From Planctomycetota bacterium (GTDB taxonomy: Bacteria; Planctomycetota; GCA-002687715; CAIWVZ01), in NCBI GenBank assembly GCA_017853435.1, contig JAFMJN010000002.1:1-45541 (forward strand): a stretch of 45,541 bases of DNA, given 5' to 3'. The notes beneath the pieces were generated by a model. It was not told where the DNA came from. It worked only from the letters and a program-made list of their open reading frames with translations, and ran no database searches. Below are positions 17,451-24,534 of the stretch, one piece after another. Positions within the stretch are counted from its first letter, which is position 1. Every line of letters starts with the position of its first letter. The position numbers and the translations under genes are program-made.

Positions 17451-18151
17451 GCGACCCTTTTTTTCACGAACCCCTTCGTGCGGCACTCGTCGGGGCGGCG
17501 CTCGTCGTCCCGGTGGCCGTCGCGCGTGCCGCGACGGTCGGTGGGTGTGCGGCCGGGGCCGTCGCCGCCGCGTGGCTCGCGTGGGCGGGGGGGCGTCCCG
17601 CGCTCGTCGCTTTCGCCGCCTTGGTGGTGGTCGGCACGTGGACGTCCCGACTCGGTCGCGAGCGCAAGCGTCGTGAGGGCGTCGCGCAGTCCGACGGGGG
17701 GCGTCGTGCGGCCCGCCATGTCCTCGCGAACGCCGGACCCGCGCTCCTCGCCGTCGCGCTCGGCGAAGGAGGCTACGTCGAACGGGACGTCGCGATCGCC
17801 GCGGCGTGCGGTGCCTTCGCGGGCAACCTCGCGGACACGGCTTCGGGCGAATTGGGAATGCTGTTCCCGCGGCCGCCGCGACTTCTGCTTTTCGGCCCGA
17901 TCGTGCGTCGGGGAACGAACGGCGGCATGACGTGGCCCGGATTGTGGTGTGGGGTTGTTTCGGGAAGCCTCGTCGCGGCGTTGAACGCCGACGTGGTTTC
18001 CGTGATTCCGATATGCGTCGCCGCCCTCGTCGGCACGTTGACCGACAGCCTTCTCGGAGCGTGTATCGAAGGCAAGTTCGGAATCGGCAACGAAACGGTG
18101 AATTTCACGTCCGGGGCCGTCGCCGCTTTCTGCGCCGGAGCCTGCGTATGA
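17447..18151 (+). CDS. DUF92 / TMEM19 / VTE6-like integral membrane protein (putative polyprenyl-phosphate kinase family)
   Basis: The track ORF 17294..18151 is trimmed to GTG 17447 (GTGA overlap). Polytopic protein. 'AFAGNLADTASGELGMLF' matches the DUF92 'ADT.aSE.G' signature. Also 'GGMTWPG' and a C-terminal 'NFTSGAVAA'. Confidence 0.6.
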   Translation: MSDPFFHEPLRAALVGAALVVPVAVARAATVGGCAAGAVAAAWLAWAGGRPALVAFAALVVVGTWTSRLGRERKRREGVAQSDGGRRAARHVLANAGPALLAVALGEGGYVERDVAIAAACGAFAGNLADTASGELGMLFPRPPRLLLFGPIVRRGTNGGMTWPGLWCGVVSGSLVAALNADVVSVIPICVAALVGTLTDSLLGACIEGKFGIGNETVNFTSGAVAAFCAGACV

Positions 18152-19086
18152 AAGCGCGATTCGCCTGTTGGTGGGAGGCGACGCGACCGTTCACGCTGGC
18201 GCCTCCCGCGATCGGGATGGTGTCGGGTGGTCTGAGCGCGCTCGGTGCGAATCCGTCGCTCTCCGCCGACGGACGATTTTGGACCTCCGTCGGCATCGGA
18301 GCATTGATGGCCGCCGCGCTCAACGCGGCGAGCAACGTCCTGAATCAGATCCACGATCTCGCGCTCGATCGCGTCAACAAACCGGAACGGCCGATTCCTT
18401 CGGGACGACTGTCCGTCGGCGAGGCCTACGGACTGGCCGTCGCGTGTTACGCGATCGCTCTCGTCCTCGCGTTCATTCCGCGGCCTTCGGGATTCCCGGA
18501 GACCGGCGTCATCGCGTTGGTCACGACGGTGCTCACGTGGGTCTATTCCGCTCCGCCCGTGCGCGCACGCAATTCGTGGTGGCTCGGACCTCTCGTCATC
18601 GCCGTTCCACGCGGCTTGCTTCTCAAGGTCGCCGGATGGAGTTGTATCGCGCCCGTCGGGTCGGATCGCGAGCCTTGGATTTTGGGCGCGGTGTTTTTCG
18701 TCTACGTCATCGGTGCCGCGCCCGTGAAGGATTTCGCCGATCTCGAAGGGGATCGACGCGGGGGGGCGTCGTCGCTTCCCATTCGGTTCGGACCGAAGCG
18801 TGCCGCCGACATCGTCGCGGCGTTCCTCCTCCTCCCCGGTTTGCTTCTCGCGGTGTTGCCCCGCATCGTCGTCGACGGACGTCCGCTGCTCGGCGTCTCG
18901 GCGACGGGATCGGCGATCGCGGGCCTGGTCATCTTCCTCCACGGAGCGCGGGTCGGAGCGATGATGCGTCGCGATCCCGACGCGCTCGTGGCCGGAGGGG
19001 GCACCGATGCATGGCGCCACATGTATCTCTTGATGATGGAACTGCAGATCGCCGCCGCGGGTCTGTACTTCCTGCATCACCTCTGA
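18148..19086 (+). CDS. UbiA-superfamily prenyltransferase (DGGGP-synthase/chlorophyll-synthase-like motif type)
   Basis: The track ORF 17806..19086 is trimmed to ATG 18148 (ATGA overlap). First Asp-rich motif 'NVLNQIHDLALDRVNKPERPIPSGR' (NxxxDxxxD...RPIPSG). Second motif 'VKDFADLEGDRRGG' (DxxDxxxD). Polytopic membrane protein. Confidence 0.85.
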   Translation: MKARFACWWEATRPFTLAPPAIGMVSGGLSALGANPSLSADGRFWTSVGIGALMAAALNAASNVLNQIHDLALDRVNKPERPIPSGRLSVGEAYGLAVACYAIALVLAFIPRPSGFPETGVIALVTTVLTWVYSAPPVRARNSWWLGPLVIAVPRGLLLKVAGWSCIAPVGSDREPWILGAVFFVYVIGAAPVKDFADLEGDRRGGASSLPIRFGPKRAADIVAAFLLLPGLLLAVLPRIVVDGRPLLGVSATGSAIAGLVIFLHGARVGAMMRRDPDALVAGGGTDAWRHMYLLMMELQIAAAGLYFLHHL

Positions 19087-20252
19087 GCCGTCACCCGTCG
19101 GAACGGTGCGCAGACGGCGGTTCTCCCGTCCGTTGCGACGATCGTCCAAACGAGGGCTCCGTCATGCGGCAGAAGATCTCCGGATTCCCAACGGAATTCC
19201 CGTTCTCCCGACGGATCGCGCCACGAAGGGCGCCACGCGATGCGATAGGTCCCGTCCTTCTCGCGTCGTCGTTGGACGACGTCGTTCCCGAGGCGACGTT
19301 CGACGATGCGATGGCGTCCGCGGGCGTCGGTCGCGACGCCGACGAAGGCGAGAGTCGCTTCCGCGAAAGCGGCTCCGAGGCGGGCTTCGAAAGTCGGTTC
19401 GTCGTCCGGGACGCGGAGCGCCAAGGCCGATGCGGGTGGATTTACGAGGGCGACGTCCTCGCCGACGCGCAGCGTCGTTCGCACGCGGGCTTCGATCGGT
19501 CCCGACGGCGACCCGTCCGAGGACATGCCGCCATAGGTGACGAGGGTGGCGACTCGGGCGTCGCACAGTTTTCGCGGATCGTCCGTCGCGCGCATCGGAA
19601 ACGCGTTGACGAGCGCCGCGACGTCGCGTTCGACGCCGTCCCGTTCGGGAACCACGAGCAGAAGTGCTTCGGGAACGCGGGTGACGGCTTCGGAGAGGGT
19701 CCCCACGTCGCGGGCGCGCGCATCGCGGCGCGGGGCCGCCTCGCGGGTCCGCGACAGCGTGTGCGGAATCCAAAGCACCGCGAGCAGGGCGGCGGCGACC
19801 AATGGAAGTCGGCGGAACCGAGAATGCGTGAGAGCGGCACCGACGACGGCGACCGCGACGGCGGTGCCGACGGCGACGAGACCTCCGAGTGCGGATGGGG
19901 TTCCGTCCGCGAGCGGCGTCGCCGCGTATCGGACGTGGGTCGCCGCGGCGAAACTCGAAGGATGGACGGCGATGACCGTGACGACGGACACGGTGGTCGT
20001 CGCGGATCGGGTGAGCACCGCGACGGGGAGGGCGATCGCCATTATGAGGCAGGCCACCCCCACGATCCCGACGAGGTGGAGGGCCGTCGGGGGGGTGTTC
20101 GGGCCGACGACCAGCCCCAAGGCCGCTGCGGAGGCGAGTTCCTCCGGGAGGGCGGGCAGGCTCCGGGCGGCGAGGGCGTAGCCGAGCGCCGCGAGGCACG
20201 TCGCGGCGAATGCCGCGAGGACGGGAACCTTGGGGGAGCGCGGAGCCGACAT
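19077..20252 (-). CDS. Hypothetical membrane protein: N-terminal multi-TM region plus ~200-aa C-terminal domain of unknown function
   Basis: The track ORF 19077..20393 is trimmed to ATG 20252 ('MSAPRSPKVPVLAAFAATCLAALGYALA'). Several hydrophobic helices. Third codon positions are mostly G/C in this frame. I recognise no family motif. The 3' end overlaps the UbiA gene end by 10 nt. Confidence 0.55.
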   Translation of the reverse strand: MSAPRSPKVPVLAAFAATCLAALGYALAARSLPALPEELASAAALGLVVGPNTPPTALHLVGIVGVACLIMAIALPVAVLTRSATTTVSVVTVIAVHPSSFAAATHVRYAATPLADGTPSALGGLVAVGTAVAVAVVGAALTHSRFRRLPLVAAALLAVLWIPHTLSRTREAAPRRDARARDVGTLSEAVTRVPEALLLVVPERDGVERDVAALVNAFPMRATDDPRKLCDARVATLVTYGGMSSDGSPSGPIEARVRTTLRVGEDVALVNPPASALALRVPDDEPTFEARLGAAFAEATLAFVGVATDARGRHRIVERRLGNDVVQRRREKDGTYRIAWRPSWRDPSGEREFRWESGDLLPHDGALVWTIVATDGRTAVCAPFRRVTAQR

Positions 20253-20391
20253 CCCCGTAACTATCGGCCACGCCCGCCGCCGTGGGAAAACCGGTCTCCG
20301 GAGGGGGCTTTCGGCGACGCCCGTCCGATCCCCTGCGGGAAAGCGTGCCGGTTCGTACCATGAGTCGACGCGGAGGCGCCCCAAAACACCC

Positions 20392-21105
20392 ATGTTCTTC
20401 GATCCCCTCTACCTGTTGCTCGTCGGTCCCGCGATGCTGTTCTCGCTGCTCGCGAGTTTCTGGGTCAAGTCGTCCTTCAACCGTTGGAGGGACGTCGGTA
20501 CCCGCGCCGGTTTGACGGGCGCACGCGTCGCGCAACTGATTCTCGCCCGCAACGGGATTCACGACGTCACGGTCGAGCCCTCCGAAGGATTCCTTTCGGA
20601 TCACTACGACCCGACGGCGAAAGCACTGCGCCTCTCGCCGGATGTCTACAACGGGCGATCGATCGCCTCTCTCGGAGTCGCCGCGCACGAGGTCGGCCAC
20701 GCGATCCAACACGCTCAGGGCTACAGCCCGTTGAAGTTCCGCTCGGCGTTGGTGCCCCTCGCTCAGTTCGGTTCGAACTTGAGTTGGATCTTCCTCATGG
20801 TGGGCATGCTGCTCGGTGCGGCGTCACCGCTCGGTCGCGGCGTGCTTCTCCTCGGCATCGGGCTGTTCAGCTTCGCCGTCTTGTTCTCGCTGATCACGCT
20901 GCCCGTCGAATTCGACGCGAGCCGCCGGGCGTTGGTGACGCTCGAGGAAGGCGCGTATCTTGACGCGGAGGAACTCGGCGGAGCCCGCAAGGTGCTTCGC
21001 GCGGCGGCGGCGACCTACGTCGCGGCGGCGGTCGCGGCCTTGGCCCAGCTCCTCTACTTCCTGTTGCGATCCGGATTGCTCGGAGGCGGGCGGCGGGAAG
21101 AGTAG
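20392..21105 (+). CDS. Putative neutral zinc metallopeptidase (Zn_peptidase_2 / YugP-like), membrane bound
   Basis: The track ORF 20230..21105 is trimmed to ATG 20392 ('MFFDPLYLLLVGPAMLFSL'). 'LSDHYDPTAKALRLS', HExxH 'AHEVGHAIQH', C-terminal TM helices. Confidence 0.85.
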   Translation: MFFDPLYLLLVGPAMLFSLLASFWVKSSFNRWRDVGTRAGLTGARVAQLILARNGIHDVTVEPSEGFLSDHYDPTAKALRLSPDVYNGRSIASLGVAAHEVGHAIQHAQGYSPLKFRSALVPLAQFGSNLSWIFLMVGMLLGAASPLGRGVLLLGIGLFSFAVLFSLITLPVEFDASRRALVTLEEGAYLDAEELGGARKVLRAAAATYVAAAVAALAQLLYFLLRSGLLGGGRREE

Positions 21106-21132
21106 CCCCGACCGCCTCCTTCGGAGTAACGC

Positions 21133-22665
21133 GTGGCGCGACGTCCCTTCGGTCTGATCGTTTGTGACGGATTCGGGTGTCGCGCAGAGCGCGAGGCCAA
21201 CGCGGTCGCGCTCGCCCACACGCCCGTCTTCGACCGCCTGCGTCGCGTCTATCCGCAGACGCGGATTCTCTCTCACGGCGAGTCGGTCGGCCTCCTGCCC
21301 GGCCTCATGGGCAACTCCGAAGTCGGCCACATGAACATCGGTGCGGGGCGAATCGTCGTGCAGTCGATCGACCGCATCAACAACGCGATCGGCGACGGTT
21401 CCCTCGCCGCGCATCCCGAGTTGGTCGCGCTCATCGACCGCACGCGCGAAACGGGGAAGCGCCTGCATCTTCTCGCGCTTCTGTCCGACGGCGGCGTCCA
21501 CAGCCACGAAGACCACGTGCACGCCGCGATTCGCATCGCCGCGGCCCGGGGACTTTCGGGGGATCGCGTCGTCGTTCATGCGTTCACGGACGGGCGGGAT
21601 ACCGCGCCCCGTTGCGCGTCGTCGTATTTCGAGCGTCTCGATCGCGTTTTCGCCGAAACCCGTACCGGCGTTCTCGGAACGGTGATCGGGCGTTACTGGG
21701 CGATGGATCGCGACAATCGATGGGACCGCGTGAAGCGCGCCTACGACGCGATGGTGCGCGGAGTCGGATACAAAGCGGCGAGTGGCGTGGGAGCCGTGGC
21801 CTCCGCGTACGCGCGGGACGAAGGCGACGAATTCATCGCGCCGACGTTGATCCAAGGCGGATTCACGCTCGCGCGCGGCGACGGGATTTTCTTCGTCAAC
21901 TTCCGTCCCGACCGTGCGCGCCAGTTGTCCATCGCGTTGCATGGTCTCGGCGGATTCGCCGAGTGGCCGATCGAAGCGCTCGAACTCTCTCAGGTTACGA
22001 TGACAGAGTATCGCGCGGATTTCCCGTTCCCGGTGCTTTTCAAACCGATCTCGCTGCGTGAGGTCTACGGCGAAATGATGGAGTCGGCGGGCATGCGTCA
22101 GTTGCGCATCGCCGAGACCGAGAAGTACGCCCACGTCACGTTCTTCTTGAACGGAGGTCGCGAAGAGGCGTTCCGCGGTGAGGAGCGTATTCTCGTTCCG
22201 TCTCCCAAAGTGGCGACCTACGATCTCGCTCCGGAAATGAGCGCCGCCGAGGTGACTGCCAAGACGGTGGACGCGATTCGGTCCGGTCGTCTCGACACGT
22301 TCGTCGTGAATTTCGCGAACCCCGACATGGTGGGTCACACCGGAGTGCTTCCCGCCGCAATTCGCGCGGTCGAGGTCGTGGACGCGGGTATCGGAGCGAT
22401 CGTCGACGCCGTCCTCGAGCGCGGCGGCTCGCTGGTGGTCACCGCCGACCACGGCAACTGCGAGATGATGGTCGACCCCGTCACGGGGCAGCCGCATACG
22501 TCGCACACGACCAATCCGGTGCCCTTCCATCTCGTTTCCGACGCTCACCGGGGGCGGATCCTGCGTCCCGACGGGCGCCTTTGCGACGTCATCCCGACCT
22601 TGTTGGCGACCGCAGGGCTCGCTCCGAGCCCGCTCATGACCGGTCGGAGCCTTCTCGACGTCTGA
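21133..22665 (+). CDS. gpmI: 2,3-bisphosphoglycerate-independent phosphoglycerate mutase
   Basis: 510-aa ORF with a GTG start. 'LIVCDGFG', 'GLMGNSEVGHMNIGAGRIV', 'LLSDGGVHSH', 'NFANPDMVGHTG', 'TADHGNCEMM'. Confidence 0.95.
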   Translation: MARRPFGLIVCDGFGCRAEREANAVALAHTPVFDRLRRVYPQTRILSHGESVGLLPGLMGNSEVGHMNIGAGRIVVQSIDRINNAIGDGSLAAHPELVALIDRTRETGKRLHLLALLSDGGVHSHEDHVHAAIRIAAARGLSGDRVVVHAFTDGRDTAPRCASSYFERLDRVFAETRTGVLGTVIGRYWAMDRDNRWDRVKRAYDAMVRGVGYKAASGVGAVASAYARDEGDEFIAPTLIQGGFTLARGDGIFFVNFRPDRARQLSIALHGLGGFAEWPIEALELSQVTMTEYRADFPFPVLFKPISLREVYGEMMESAGMRQLRIAETEKYAHVTFFLNGGREEAFRGEERILVPSPKVATYDLAPEMSAAEVTAKTVDAIRSGRLDTFVVNFANPDMVGHTGVLPAAIRAVEVVDAGIGAIVDAVLERGGSLVVTADHGNCEMMVDPVTGQPHTSHTTNPVPFHLVSDAHRGRILRPDGRLCDVIPTLLATAGLAPSPLMTGRSLLDV

Positions 22666-22711
22666 ATTTTCGGAATCCCCCCGAAAGAGGAAGGGACGGA
22701 GGCCGTAAGAC

Positions 22712-23281
22712 ATGGCGGATCGCATGGGACAGTCCCCCCAAACGGAAGCGGCCTTGATCTCCCGCGCCCGCGCGAAAGATCAGGAGGCCTTCGGCGCTCT
22801 CGTAGGCCGCTACGAGGTGACGCTGCTGCATGTTCTTATGCCCATCGTCGGGGAACGCGAGCGGGCTCGGGATCTCGTTCAGGAGAGCATCCTCAAAGCC
22901 TGGGAGAACCTCCACACGTACGTGGACACCCATCGATTCTCCACATGGTTCTTCCGCATCGGCGTGAACCTCGCGATCAGCCACAAGCGCCGCGCCAAGG
23001 TGGAACATCGGATCTTCGAGGAACATGCGTCGGATCCGGGAGCCGGGACCGACCCGGGTCCGTCGGCGCTCGAAGCGCTCGCTCGCGATGAAGAGGCGCG
23101 GGCGGTGCGTCTCGCCGTCGGAAGGTTGCCCGAACGATATGCCAACGTCGTGCGTATGAGATACGTCGAAGGGCTGTCGTGCGCCGAGATCGCGGATCGG
23201 CTCGACACCACTCCGAACACCGTTTCGCTCGTGCTGTTCCGTGCCAAACAGCGTTTGCGCGAGGAGCTTTCGTCGCCATGA
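22712..23281 (+). CDS. ECF-type RNA polymerase sigma-70 family factor
   Basis: 189-aa ORF. Region 2 'DLVQESILKAWENLHTY..FSTWFFRIGVNLAI'. Region 4 'YVEGLSCAEIADRLDTTPNTVSLVLFRAKQRLR'. GGAGG lies 9 nt upstream of the ATG. Confidence 0.9.
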   Translation: MADRMGQSPQTEAALISRARAKDQEAFGALVGRYEVTLLHVLMPIVGERERARDLVQESILKAWENLHTYVDTHRFSTWFFRIGVNLAISHKRRAKVEHRIFEEHASDPGAGTDPGPSALEALARDEEARAVRLAVGRLPERYANVVRMRYVEGLSCAEIADRLDTTPNTVSLVLFRAKQRLREELSSP

Positions 23282-24531
23282 CTTCCCATCTTTGCACCCG
23301 CATGCGGGTTCAAGCCGAGTTCTACTTCGACGGCGTGTTGTCGCCGCAGGAGGAAGCGGCTTTCAACGACCATCTCGCCGCGTGCACCGCGTGTGCCGCC
23401 GCGGTGGGGGAAGACTTGGCGTTGATGGACAAGTTGTCGACGTTGCCGACGGTCGCCTTCGAGCGACGGCCCGCGACGGGACGTCCGCGCATCGCCGCCG
23501 TCGCGGCGGCCGCTGCATTGTTCATCGCGGGCGGAGCGTTTTGGGCCGGACGCGCGACGTCGCCGTCGTCGTCCGTCGTTCCTTCGACCGTCGTCGCGGG
23601 AGGACCGGAATCGAAGGATCGATTCGACGACGACATCGTTCCTCTCGCGCTCGAAGTCCCAGGCGCCGAATTGGCGTTTGCCGCGCCGTCCGCGGCCGAA
23701 GCCGTTTTGGTCGAGGCCGAACGCGATCTCATCAACGTCGAACGCAGCGAACTGCGACGACGCCTCGGCGCCCTCGACATGAAGGCGGGTGCCATCGAAG
23801 TCGAACTGTCGGCGCGCGCCTTGGAACCGGAAGCGAAACTTTCCGGTGCCGCTTTGGTCGCGAGTCTGCGGGACTCGTATGCGATCTCCGGGTCCTCCGA
23901 TGCGCGTTCGGCGGGGCGCAAGGCGTTCTTCGCCTCGCGGTTTCTCCGTGAAAACGCCGACGACGCCGTCGAACCGCTGAAGACGTGGTTGCGCGAGGCG
24001 AAGACTCCGGAAGAGCGTCGCTACGTCGTCCGTATCGTCGCCCGCGCCGCGGCGCCGGCCTTCGTCGCCATGCTGGTCGAAGAAGCGACCCGCGGGACTT
24101 CGCGGGAACTCGCGATGGACGGACTCGCCAAACTTCAGGATCCGCGTTGTCTCGACGTGGCGCGTCGACTCGCGTCGGATCCGAAGTCGACGGAAGTCCT
24201 CAAGGCGCGTGCGGCGGCCGCTCTGCACCGGCTCGGCGACGCCGAAGGAACCCGTCTGCTCAAAGCCGCGATCGCTTCGAAGTCGCTCGACGCCGAACAA
24301 CGGCGTCGCCTTTTCTTCGATCTCGCCGCTCGACCGAGCCGCGACGTCCTCGATTTCGTCGAGCACGCTCCCGAAACCGCGTCGTTGCCTTGGAACGACC
24401 GCGTCGCGTTGGCCGAAATGCTCGCGAACGTTTCGGGCCCCGATGCCTTGCGCCCGGCGAAGGCGTTGTTCCGGCACGACGGCGAACGCGGCGAACGTGC
24501 GGTGAACCGCGCGTTCCACCAGTTCGACTGA
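23278..24531 (+). CDS. Anti-sigma factor (zf-HC2), single TM, extracytoplasmic HEAT-like repeat domain
   Basis: The track ORF 23179..24531 is trimmed to ATG 23278 (ATGA overlap with the sigma gene). 'FNDHLAACTACAAAV' (Hx3Cx2C). TM 'IAAVAAAAALFIAGGAFWAG'. C-terminal helical repeats ('GLAKLQDPRCLDVARRLASD', 'AALHRLGDAEGTRLL'). Confidence 0.75.
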   Translation: MTSHLCTRMRVQAEFYFDGVLSPQEEAAFNDHLAACTACAAAVGEDLALMDKLSTLPTVAFERRPATGRPRIAAVAAAAALFIAGGAFWAGRATSPSSSVVPSTVVAGGPESKDRFDDDIVPLALEVPGAELAFAAPSAAEAVLVEAERDLINVERSELRRRLGALDMKAGAIEVELSARALEPEAKLSGAALVASLRDSYAISGSSDARSAGRKAFFASRFLRENADDAVEPLKTWLREAKTPEERRYVVRIVARAAAPAFVAMLVEEATRGTSRELAMDGLAKLQDPRCLDVARRLASDPKSTEVLKARAAAALHRLGDAEGTRLLKAAIASKSLDAEQRRRLFFDLAARPSRDVLDFVEHAPETASLPWNDRVALAEMLANVSGPDALRPAKALFRHDGERGERAVNRAFHQFD

Positions 24532-24534
24532 CCC

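Noticed and set aside
18168-20363. 731-aa plus-strand ORF running from inside the UbiA gene through the 19-20 kb region
   Set aside because: It is extremely Arg/Gly/Asp/Ser-rich and out of frame with UbiA. The minus-strand frame there encodes a plausible multi-TM protein with G/C-rich third positions.
22667-22686. Hairpin TTTCGG-AATCCCC-CCGAAA right after the gpmI stop, considered as a terminator
   Set aside because: It has only a 6-bp stem and no downstream U-tract. The next gene starts 26 nt later with its own GGAGG. The support is too weak to call it a terminator.
20824-22725. 633-aa minus-strand ORF covering gpmI
   Set aside because: gpmI on the plus strand is unmistakable (multiple invariant motifs), so the antisense frame is a shadow.
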